A stretch of 64,000 bases of DNA, from NCBI GenBank assembly GCA_964035575.1, contig OZ037844.1:806001-870000 (forward strand). The letters are read 5' to 3'. Below the pieces are notes generated by a model. It made no database searches, had not been told where the DNA came from, and worked only from the letters and a program-made list of their open reading frames with translations. Shown one piece after another: positions 24,466-34,985 of this stretch. Within the stretch, counting starts at the first letter, position 1. Each line of letters begins with the position of its first letter. A program made the position numbers and the translations under genes. This DNA is from Rhynchopus sp. YZ270_cl-10 (taxonomy: Eukaryota).

Positions 24466-25169
24466 GGTTTGTGTGTCGTCTCTGTGTCTTTCTTTGGTTG
24501 TCTTTTTGAGGTGATGGGGGTGGTACCTGACACAAGGCGGAAGCAGATGAGAAAGCAAAGGTTGTCGATGTGCCACATGGACCGACAAACCGGACCAGGA
24601 CGCTTCCGAATTGAAACAAGATAGAACCTTTGGGGTCCAACAACTACTCCCACCCTCCTTTTTTTTCTTCCGTTTCCCTTTTTCGTTCCATAAGGCTAGA
24701 CATTCACTAAAGCTGTGTACTACACCGACTCTGCCTACTCACAGCCGAAGGTGAGTTCTGTACTCAACACACCTGCCCTCAACAGGCAAGATAGCATATT
24801 TGCAGGAAATGCACATCCCAACAGTGTCGCACTGACACCGACATACCCCCCCCTCCCCTTTGTTCCAGAGTCTGCAAACCAGAGGCCGTTATAACAACTT
24901 TTCTTGTCTTTTTTTTCCCCCCCCGCAATTAACAACCACCCCTCCCCTGCTTCACAGCCACGTGCTCCATGCTACGTTATACACAAGATAAATGTTACTC
25001 TCCCCCCCGCCCTCACACACCCTCCAATCACCTAGGGACTTTGCACAGTGTGTTCAAAATCCTTCAAAAGAACCCCATATTTTTTGTGAACTTCAAAAAT
25101 CCCCCCCATTTTTTGTAGTTTCGACAATCACCTGTCCGAGGACGGGTTCTGTACACAAAGTCGCCCGAA

Positions 25170-26704
25170 CAGGGTAGATCCTTATTTTCGCTAAAAACGC
25201 TAAAAATCCCAGATTTATTTTCGTTTTTTTCCTTTTTTTTTTCTCTCCCGTTTTTGAAATTTTTCCGCGCAGGCCTGACGCTAACTTTCAGGTTTTTGGG
25301 AAATCGTGGGGGTTGATGGTTTGTCCGCTCGCGCAGCGAGCGGAAAAATTGAGTGACGGTCTAAAAAAAAAAAACTAACAAGCAGGTTGGTACTGTACTG
25401 AGGCAGAATAGTGGTGTTTTTTTACACATCTCAGCTGTCGTAGAACTAAACCCCAGGGGATAATATAGGTTTTGGGGGTTTTCTCTGAAACTCGGTCGAG
25501 CCCAACCCAGCTCGTTAGGGCCTCCGGCGGAATGTGAGAATTGCTCGGTTATCCTACTGCGGAGTTCGGCACTGCATTGATATTTGCACCAGGCACGCGC
25601 AGTGACAGTATATTTACAAAAAGAAACGGCGGTCGTGGCACCCATGGCGAAGCCACGGTACACAACATTTCTGAAAATGTTGCCATAAAACGGCACTGTC
25701 GTTGGTAATTTTCAACAGTTACCGTAAATTTTACTTCCAGATTTTGCTGAAACGAAAGTTTCTGGCGAAGCCACGGTACGCAACATTTCAAAAAATTGCG
25801 CTCAAAATTGCACATTTTTACTGCCAAACAGGGCTGCAAGCTGCGCTGCAGGCGCACGGTACGCTACTTTTATTATTTCGCATGCTTCTTTTTCCTTCGG
25901 CATTTGAACAATTAAATCACATTCTGGCTGTGACCCTTGTCGGACACTGCGCCCTCTGACAAGGGTAATACTTTCTAGAAACATTCTGAAAAGTGGTAGT
26001 GCCCGGCATGAGCAAGAAAATTTTCAAAATTAAATAGGCACCAGCAGTTTGGGTAGGCGAGACCGCATTGGGTGAACCTCCGCGAGCGCAGCGAGCGGAA
26101 ATTTTTTTTTTGCAGTTTTTGGGCAAAGTTCAAAATCCCACCAAAAATTAAGTGGGGATTTTCGACAACAATACTGGGGCCCTATGGGTTTTTGGATTTT
26201 GGCCTAACAGTGTTGTGTTTCTGCCTTGGTCCGGTTGAAGTCTTTATTACTGGATCTATCGTACAGGTGACCCACACCTGACCTTTAACACACACGCACT
26301 TCTTCGAAACCTCCACCCTCAGCACCAACCCTTTTACAATGGTCCGCTTTGCGGGTTTGTGGACATAGTAATTGTGTTCTTCAAAAATATGCTTCAAAAT
26401 TGTCTTATGCAAGGTGACACTGACTCATTGGTCCTTGTCTTATGAAGTGAAGACAAATATTAAAGGGGCATTGGCGGGCCGAAGGCCAGCCAAAAAAACG
26501 GTAGCGAACTTTTACTTTTTTTCCTTTTGGTTTCCCCCTTATTTTGACTTTCCGGATCGATTGCGGACCGTGGTGGTGCCACTCTGTGGCTGGAAATTAG
26601 TAGGTAACCAAAAAAATGGGCCAGAGAAAAAAGGAAAAAAAAAAAGGAAAAAAAAATAAAAAATCTCGAATCCTTATTTTCACTTTCGCTAAGGATCTAC
26701 CCTG
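25170..26704. mobile_element. Non-autonomous hAT element (1535 bp)
   Basis: 15-bp TIR CAGGGTAGATCCTTA. TSD CGCCCGAA at 25162-25169 and 26705-26712. Empty paralogous site CGCCCGAAGGCTAAT at 61096-61110. Confidence 0.95.
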
Positions 26705-26728
26705 CGCCCGAAGGCTAATTTTTTTTTT

Positions 26729-27730
26729 TTATAGTCCCGAATCTAAGCTGTCGTCATCTTCATCATCTTCGGAGATAGAGACATCTTTGGACCTGGTGGG
26801 TTCGGACTCGGACTCGGAGTCTGATTGAATAACGGCTGTCCCACAACATTCTATGAGCGTGCACTGTGACTGTGGGATGAGGGGGGATACTTGAGACGAT
26901 GACGCATCCCACACAACCCCGTCCACAAGCACCTCTGCGACGGTGTTTGCCACATCCCCCGGGGTTTTGGTCACAACACCAAGACACCCTGCGCTTACCT
27001 TCCTCCCATTGTCAAATACTGTTGTCTCCAACACCTTAATGCACAGCCCCGGGAGGTAGATTGGGGTCAGCTTCGAGCACGCCTCTATGTACCCCCCATC
27101 GAGCGTCTGCAACCAATAGACCGCACCCTCCACTGCACGGAGAACACCGACACAGTCACCCCCAAGCACCCTTCGGAACACCGGAGACACGCGTGACGCT
27201 GCGCTATGCACATCGCACCCTACCCCAAGCACACGAAAGGTCGTCACCGGGTGAAGCAAAAGAGAGGTGTCCAGCTCCACCACATCCACCCCACTGCGTA
27301 CCGACACCACCCCTCCTTCTGGGGGTGCAGTAACGGTCACGCAGGTTCCTTCTGACAACATCGCGCCCTCCGATACGATGACAGTGTCGCCCACTACAAA
27401 TTTCCATGCCGTACCGTTCTCCGCAGATCGACGAGGTGATGCCATGCCCATCGGCTCTCCTGATGTTGCGGAGCGCAGCGCCTTTTCGGAATCTGGTGTA
27501 AAAGTGGTGTCGGGGGGGACCTGTGTGTCGGCAGCTGCTGTTCCAGCAAGCGATGCAACCCGATGTGCCGTCCACACGCCGATGCCCTTGATTGATTCAT
27601 ACCACTCCAAGCCTGTCGCTTTCATGCTTTTCATGCGGGTGCGTTGTTGTTGTGTATCAATCCTCTCATTCGCATCCTCCTCCTGCGATAGTGGAGGTGG
27701 ACCTGAAGAAGCAAGTGTCCCAGACATCAT
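26729..27730 (-). CDS. Hypothetical protein (333 aa)
   Basis: Long ORF on the gene-bearing strand with an upstream pyrimidine tract, beta-rich segments and an acidic C-terminus. No family recognised. Confidence 0.7.
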   Translation of the reverse strand: MMSGTLASSGPPPLSQEEDANERIDTQQQRTRMKSMKATGLEWYESIKGIGVWTAHRVASLAGTAAADTQVPPDTTFTPDSEKALRSATSGEPMGMASPRRSAENGTAWKFVVGDTVIVSEGAMLSEGTCVTVTAPPEGGVVSVRSGVDVVELDTSLLLHPVTTFRVLGVGCDVHSAASRVSPVFRRVLGGDCVGVLRAVEGAVYWLQTLDGGYIEACSKLTPIYLPGLCIKVLETTVFDNGRKVSAGCLGVVTKTPGDVANTVAEVLVDGVVWDASSSQVSPLIPQSQCTLIECCGTAVIQSDSESESEPTRSKDVSISEDDEDDDSLDSGL

Positions 27731-28185
27731 ACTAAAATCACCTCAAAAAGGAGCGTTGGGCCAAAGCTGGGTAAAAGAGGGGGAGAAAATGTTGGTCTTG
27801 AGAAGAAAAAATAAATGAGGGCAGCGATGTGCCGAAGCTGTGAAAGGGGAAAGGAGGGGGGGGAAATCGCAGTACCAACGAGATGGGAGGGAGGAGGGGA
27901 GAAATAGGGGATTTTTTTTTTTTTTTGGAGATAGGCGCAGAAGAGAGGTGGGGATGTGTAATCAGTTTCCTGTTGAGGGTGTGTGGTGTGGCGTGTGTGC
28001 GTGGGGGGATACATCTGATTTGGAGAGAGAAAGGTGTGCCAATGCAAAAGTCAGGGGCAAACTTTTTTTTATTATTATTCAGAAATCACGAAATGGACGA
28101 ATTGTTTTCACACGATGTTCATTTTAACGCAAAATGCAAAGTTCTGTCGATGGTCCCAAAAAAAAAACCCCCCCCCCCCCCCCCC

Positions 28186-29562
28186 TAGGGGGGCGGATTG
28201 TCCTCACAAAAAGTGAAATAAAAATTTTTTGCAACATAGAAACTCGTTTCCCGTGGAAAACTAGACACATACCCACCCCAAAAATGTTCGGAGGATCCAA
28301 TGAAACCATTTTTTTACACTTTGGTGGGCTCAGAAATACCCAAAATGGGGAAAATTAGTGAAAAATGGACTTTCCCCCCAAAATGGGCAAAAGTGGTTTT
28401 TTAGCAAAAAAATTGAGTTTTTTGGATCACCAGAGGTCTATTTGGGTGACTCTCTGGTGCAAATCGGGTCCCAGGGGTCCTGTGGACCTGATTTCAACGA
28501 CGAACAGACTTCTGGACCACTTACAAATGATTTTTTTTGAATTTTGGAGTCAAAAAAAGTGCCTGTCCAGTGCTTGTCCGGTGCCTGTCCTCTCCGTGAC
28601 TTTGTCCATAACCATCACATAAAGTAGGGTATGGTACAAATTTGGGTACATACCCCCCCCAAAAATGGTCCGCGGACCCAACGGAACCGGTTTTTTACCC
28701 TTTGGAGGACTTAGAAGCACCAGAAATGGGGAAAAGGAGTGAAAATTTGCCCTCCCCCCCAGAGAGGGGGGTAGGGCCGGGTTGTGGGCTAAAAAATGCC
28801 AAATTAGGGCCACCAGAGGCCTCTTGGGGCCACTCTCCGGTGGAAATCGTACTCCTGGGGGTCCTGTGGGCCTGGTTTCGACGAGCTGCACCCTTTTGGG
28901 CCCCTCTAACCGATCTTGGTTTGAAATATTGAGTCGAATATCACCCCCTGAACCCGTGCGTATGCGTGTAAAGTACCCCCCTCTCCCCTCCCCCCTCACT
29001 GCCCACCTTCTCCTCCCCTGACAGGCGTAACAAATAAAAAAACGGCCTCCCACTCACAAAAAGCGTCTGAGGATGCTGCTGAGTTCGTGAGGAGGTTCGC
29101 GGATGCAGAGTGGATCAGGGGTGTGTGCATGCGTGTCCTGATGAAGTGCTTCAGCTGCGCATCGAAATGCACGAGTGTGGGGGGAAGGCAGAAAATGTCA
29201 AATTAAGGCCGCCAGAGGCCTCTTGGGGTCACTCTCCGGTGGAAATCGTACTCCTGGGGGTCCTGTGGGCCTGATTTCGACGAACTGCACCCTTTTGGAC
29301 CCTTCGAACCGATCTTGGTTTGAAGTATTTAGTCAAATATGTCAAATTCCTCCAATCATAGGCTGTATACAGTACAAAATCATGAAAACACCAATAAAAC
29401 GGCATTTTTTTTCGTTTTTTCACGTTTTTTGCCGCAAAACCCCCCAAAAACCCCCGGAAACCCATTTTTGGGGTGGCACAGCGTGTGGGTCACCACTGAA
29501 ATGGCCCACCGGCGAAAAAATAATAAAAATTACATAAAAAACGTTAGCAATCCGCCCCCCTA
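28186..29562. mobile_element. Non-autonomous hAT-like element inserted in a poly-C run
   Basis: Perfect 15-bp TIR TAGGGGGGCGGATTG. Both flanks are poly-C, compatible with a C8 TSD. Internal direct repeats at about 28790-28935 and 29190-29335. Confidence 0.8.
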
Positions 29563-30787
29563 CCCCCCCCCCCCCCCCCCCCCTGCCAAGCCCCCTTTCT
29601 CGTGGCCATTCACGAGCACCATATGCATTATTCTTACTTTTTGTTGAAAACTTAGTTCGCAGTAGTGTAGACTGATTGAAGGGTTGCTTTGAAGCGAAGT
29701 TTTTGTTTACATCAATCGTTTTTGTTTTGTTTTTGCTTTGTTTCTCTGTGTTTTATACGCCGGACGGATTTACGCACCACCACTTTTTTTTGATAAATTG
29801 CTGAAGTAGTGTAGTTGGTTGTGCTGCAGCAGTTGTGCAACACAACCGAGGCAGGACATTTTTTTTTTTTTGAAAACCTTCTTGAGGAAATGATAACGCA
29901 GGTATCGAAACGCCGCCTTTAACGCGCCTGACAGTAGGTAATGACAGGCGGTGAGGGTGGGGAGGTTGGGGAATGACGTCATGGCCGGGGACAGCTTTTA
30001 TTAGAGCTGTCGGGATGTCTTCCAAACACACCGGTGAGCAAAGGCTCTGAGGGGGTGCACTCCGCCCCACATGACAAAAAGATGGGAGGGGAAGGCGGGG
30101 AGGGGCGGGGTGGGGGTTCAATCGCTTCCCGCACAGTGACTATGTGTCCCAGTAAACATGCGGAATAACATGACATTTGCATGATTGTTGACATGCACTT
30201 CATGCAAAAAGCATGTTACTTAGCATGTTAGTATTGCAGCATTGTATGGTACCATTTTATGTACTTGGAACACACTGGCAAACTTCCGTGGCATCTTCTA
30301 GCTTGCTACGTAACAAGGAATACAGCATGCTACTCAGGGCACGGGGGCACCGTGCGTTTTCATGATCGTATTTTCCATGTTTTTGTTCACACTTCGTGGG
30401 CGAGGAGGAGATGATGTGGCTCCATTCCTGGGCCATACCGTTCACCTCACACCGCTCTTTCCCTTTTGGGTTTCTTCACACACGACTTTGCACCTTCGCA
30501 CTCAATTGCAGAAACACGGTGGGGTTACTTCCAAGAAATTCAATTAGTATTCGTATTCTTTCAATTTATACACTTTCACATCTTCTGCAGTATGTCATAC
30601 ACTGCCCTTCAAGAGTGCAGTGTACCCGAGGATGAGCTCCACTATTTAGGAACGTTGCTGACAGAGCAATGCAAGACAAAGACTCATTATTATCTCAGTG
30701 TTGAACGATTATCTCATTGCATTCCATTTCCATGAGGGAGGGGTTTCAAAGAAATTCAGCAGCAATGATTCAGATCAACGCGGACAA

Positions 30788-33361
30788 TCAGGAAAGTTGT
30801 ATTTCCATTGGTGTCACCTCAGACGCGTTTGGATAGAGAAGAACCTGCGCCACACGATGTCCATGTCTACGTGATGCGACGTGCAACGCAGTCTCGCCCC
30901 CATTAGCTGCGTGATGCACATCCACCTCCGGCAAGCCCACAAGATAGCTCATAATCTCGGTGTGTCCAAAATATGATGCAAGCATGAGACACGTGTTTCC
31001 TACGCTGTCTGTGGTGCGAACTTCGGCACCTGCTTTGACCAACAGCTTCACAATTGCTATTTTCCTGCTCTCACAAGCCACGAGCAAAGGCGAACGACCC
31101 AAGCTGTTCTTTGCCTCAAGGTCTGCCCCTGCATCAACGAGCGCCTGCACCACAGCGGGATGTCCTTTCTTCTTGCCTTCCCAGTGCAACGCAGTCATCC
31201 CGTTCTCATCTGCGTGATTCACGTCCACCCCCGGCAAACCCGCAATATAGCGCAGCGTCTCGGTGCGTCCATAATATGACGCTATGTGAAGACATGTGGA
31301 CCCTTCGTTATCTGTAGCACGCACTTCGGCACCTGCTTTGACCAACATCTTCACAACTGCGATGTTCCCGTTCAGGCAAGCCGTGTGCAGAGGCGACCGC
31401 CCTTTGTCATCCGTTACCTCGATGTCTGCCCCTGCATCAATGAGCAGCTCCACCACGTCTGCAAAAACCTTATGTGACGCAATGTACAGTGCAGTGTCAC
31501 CCCCACTACCTCTGTGATTCACGTCCACCTCAGGTAAAGCAACAAGATAACGTACAGTCTCAGTGTGTCCAAAGTTTGCCGCAAGGATAAGACACGTGTC
31601 TCCTTCGTTGTCTGTGACACGCACTCCTGCACCTGCTTTCACCAACACCTTTATAATCGCAAGTTCCCCGTTCTCACTTGCCAAGTGCAGAGCCGAACGC
31701 CCAATGTTGTTCTTGGCCTCGATATCTGCCCCTGCATCAATGAGCACCTGCAATGCATGGGGATTATGTGTACAGACCAAAGCAGTCTTGCCTAGATTAT
31801 TTTTGCGATTCACGTCCACCTCTGGCAAGCCAAGAAGATAGCGCACAGTCTCAGTGTGTCCAAAAGCAGCCGCAAGGATAAGACACGTGTCACCATCCTG
31901 TCCTATGGCACGCACTTCCGCACCTGCTTTGACCAACAGCTTCACAATATCGAGATGACCTGAGCTACTTGCAAACAGCAGAGGTGAACATCCGTCCTCG
32001 TCTTTTGCCTCGATATCTGCCCCTGCATCGATGAGCACCTCCACCACAGCTGCATGCTTATGCTCCACTGCAGCGTGCAACACAGACAAGCAGTCGTCAG
32101 CTTTGTGATTCACATCCACATCCTTCAGGCCAACAAGATAGCGCACAGTCTCGGTACGTCCAAAATATGCCGCAAGTGTAAGACATGTGTCTCCTTCGTT
32201 GTCTGTGGCACGAACTTCCACACCTGCTTTGACCAACATCTTCACAATTGCTAGTGATCCTGAACGACAAGCAAAGTGCAGGGACGAATGCCCCATGTGG
32301 TCCTTTGCCTCGATATCTGCCCCTGCATCGATGAGCACCTCCACCACAGCTGCATGTTTATGCTCTACTGCAGCGTGCAACGCAGAACAGCGCTCGTCAG
32401 CTTTGCGATTCACATCCACATCCTTCAGGCCAACAAGATAGCGCACAGTTTCGGTGTGTCCACGAGCAGCCGTAGAGAAAAGACATGTGTCTCCATTGCG
32501 GCCCTTGACACACACCTTTGCACCTGCTTTGACCAACATCTTCACAACTGCGAGTGATCCTGAACGACAAGCCAAGTGCAGGGACGAACGCCCCATGTGG
32601 TCCTTTGCCTCGATATCTGCCCCTGCATCAATGAGCACCTCCACCACAGCTGCATGCTTATGCTCCACTGCAGCGTGCAACGCAGACAAGCAGTCGTCAA
32701 CTTTGCGATTCACATCCACATCCTTCAGGCTAACAAGATAGCGCACAGTTTCGGTGTGTCCATGAGCAGCCGTTGATAAAAGACACGTGTCTCCTTCGTG
32801 GTCCGTGACACACACACCCGCACCTGCTTTGACCAACATCTTCACAACTGCGAGTGCTCCTGAACGGCAAGCCAACTGTAGGGACGAACGCCCCAGGTCA
32901 TCCTTTGTCTCGATGTCTGCCCCTGCATCAATGAACACCTGACACACTGCAGGGTCCTCCCACATGGCTGGACAGGGTTGGTCTGCTTCTTCCTCCTGCC
33001 CATGTGGGACAAACGCAACGTTGCTGCAGACTGACTTCCAATGCTGCAAGAGGACCTCCGTGCACGCAGTGTGGTCTGCGTGGATGCACTCACTCAGCAG
33101 CATCCCGAAGCCCATCTGCGTTGTCTCAACGTACGGAAGAAGCAGTGCGAGGCATTCATCGTGGTTCCCTCTGCATGCCTCGTGCACAGCATCGAAGGCA
33201 ACCGTTTTGCTGTCTGTGTCTGGTCTGAGCTTCTCAAGTCCCGCCCGCACGGCAGTCGTGTCGCCGTTCCTGGCAGCCTCCACCAAGACCTCGTCTGCAG
33301 AAATCTTTCTTCTCTTTGGTGCCTTCTCGTCAGGTGTGCTGTCTGCGTGTCGCTTCGACAT
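30788..33361 (-). CDS. Ankyrin-repeat family paralogue 4 (857 aa, 7 triplets)
   Basis: Constant N-terminus. Exact 300-bp periodicity is visible at 32041, 32341 and 32641. Confidence 0.92.
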   Translation of the reverse strand: MSKRHADSTPDEKAPKRRKISADEVLVEAARNGDTTAVRAGLEKLRPDTDSKTVAFDAVHEACRGNHDECLALLLPYVETTQMGFGMLLSECIHADHTACTEVLLQHWKSVCSNVAFVPHGQEEEADQPCPAMWEDPAVCQVFIDAGADIETKDDLGRSSLQLACRSGALAVVKMLVKAGAGVCVTDHEGDTCLLSTAAHGHTETVRYLVSLKDVDVNRKVDDCLSALHAAVEHKHAAVVEVLIDAGADIEAKDHMGRSSLHLACRSGSLAVVKMLVKAGAKVCVKGRNGDTCLFSTAARGHTETVRYLVGLKDVDVNRKADERCSALHAAVEHKHAAVVEVLIDAGADIEAKDHMGHSSLHFACRSGSLAIVKMLVKAGVEVRATDNEGDTCLTLAAYFGRTETVRYLVGLKDVDVNHKADDCLSVLHAAVEHKHAAVVEVLIDAGADIEAKDEDGCSPLLFASSSGHLDIVKLLVKAGAEVRAIGQDGDTCLILAAAFGHTETVRYLLGLPEVDVNRKNNLGKTALVCTHNPHALQVLIDAGADIEAKNNIGRSALHLASENGELAIIKVLVKAGAGVRVTDNEGDTCLILAANFGHTETVRYLVALPEVDVNHRGSGGDTALYIASHKVFADVVELLIDAGADIEVTDDKGRSPLHTACLNGNIAVVKMLVKAGAEVRATDNEGSTCLHIASYYGRTETLRYIAGLPGVDVNHADENGMTALHWEGKKKGHPAVVQALVDAGADLEAKNSLGRSPLLVACESRKIAIVKLLVKAGAEVRTTDSVGNTCLMLASYFGHTEIMSYLVGLPEVDVHHAANGGETALHVASRRHGHRVAQVLLYPNASEVTPMEIQLS

Positions 33362-34985
33362 GGTTTGTGAAGATGTTGATATTCAATGGTGTGTATTTTT
33401 ATGCTGTTTTGGTATGCTTTTTGTGGAGGTTGTGAGGTGGATAGTGGGAACCCTCAGGTAGGTAACCGAGACCTCCTTGGAACAACTCCACGAACGCATC
33501 CCTTTCCACGTTGCGGCAAAGAAATGTGCCCGTTGCAGATTGCCGTAACCTTGGGAAAGGAATGCGCCCACGTGGGCACACCGTAACATCTTCCGTTCGT
33601 GCTGTCCTGAGGGCATGCCACTTGCAAACGCCTTCTCCCCATTTGCAGTGACCCGTCATCCGCACAAATCTAATAATTTTTTCCCTTCCTTTCAACAGAT
33701 TCGTTGTCAATCCGTGAATTATTCAACACAAAAGCAACAAAGGGGAGGGAAACAGTCTTTTTATTGACGTCAATCACAACCTCAACCAGGAAAACGCACA
33801 GTGGTTGAAAATCGGGAAACAAGTGTGTGTGGTGGGGATACATTAGATGGAGAGAAAAGCGAGAAAGAAGTGTAATAATACAAAACACAAATAGGGTTGA
33901 AGTGGGCTTTTGAGGGGTTAAATAGGGTGTGGCAGACATGACCACGGTTTTATGTTTCTTTTCTGTATGCTTTACGCAGGGATTGAAACAGCGTTTCGTG
34001 TTTTTCAACAAAACTCGGTCACAACTCAATGTCGGCTGAAGCCAATGTACTGCAGAAGGTATAGCCACAGTACGCATACCACATCGTTGCCCAGGGTAAG
34101 TGAAAACAACACCGAAACAAAGCCAAGGTCAGCACTGGTCGCTCGCAAACTGACAAGAGTACGTCTTTCTTGTCACACAATAACGCCTTTGATTACCACT
34201 TCACAGATTTCATTCATTTCAATTCAGACGTGAAGGTGGCTGCACGATTACAACAGAAAGCCCTGCCCTGTGAGGCAAAGAGATGAGAGGGAGAACTGAA
34301 CATACAATGTGTAAAGGTTATGACACTGGCCCGTCGCAGAGCCTGAGGACGAGGCTTCTGCTTCCAGTGTGTTAGGGGGTGTCGCTACTCACCTGTCCGA
34401 GGACAGCTGTCCTTATGAGTGCGTGTGGTGTAATGTACATGTGGTGTAGGGGAGGGGAGGGGAAGGTGTGGGGTGTGGTGTGGTGGGGGTTCAATCGCTT
34501 CCCGCACGGTGACCATGCACCCCAGTAATTTCATGATCGTACTTTCCATGTTTTTGTTCACACTTCGTGGGCGAGGAGGAGATGATGTGGCTCCATTCCT
34601 GGGCCATACCGTTCACCTCACACCGCTCTTTCCCTTTTGGGTTTCTTCACACACGTCTTTGCACCTTCGCACTCAATTGCAGAATCAATGGAAACAGCAT
34701 AATTCAGATAGTAATAGAACGACGTTGTTGCTCTTTCACCACTGATACATACGACCATTTCCCATGCACTCACAAAGGAAATAATACTTCACAATTAAAA
34801 ACTTTCTGATAGACTTCATGAACAATAACCGACGTGTTACCTCAAGACTGCCTCATATCTGAAATATAAAAGTAAACGTCCCACTGTTGTTTGGCAAATA
34901 CTCTTTCTTGAAATAAGCACCTGAGAAACAGACGATAAGTGCTAAACACACAGGAACAACAGTCTCATCCACCTCCGTGCATCTC

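Noticed and set aside
25140..25160. Spliced-leader-like GTTCTGTAC motif (also at about 61080)
   Set aside because: Match too short, and no remaining SL exon or donor context.
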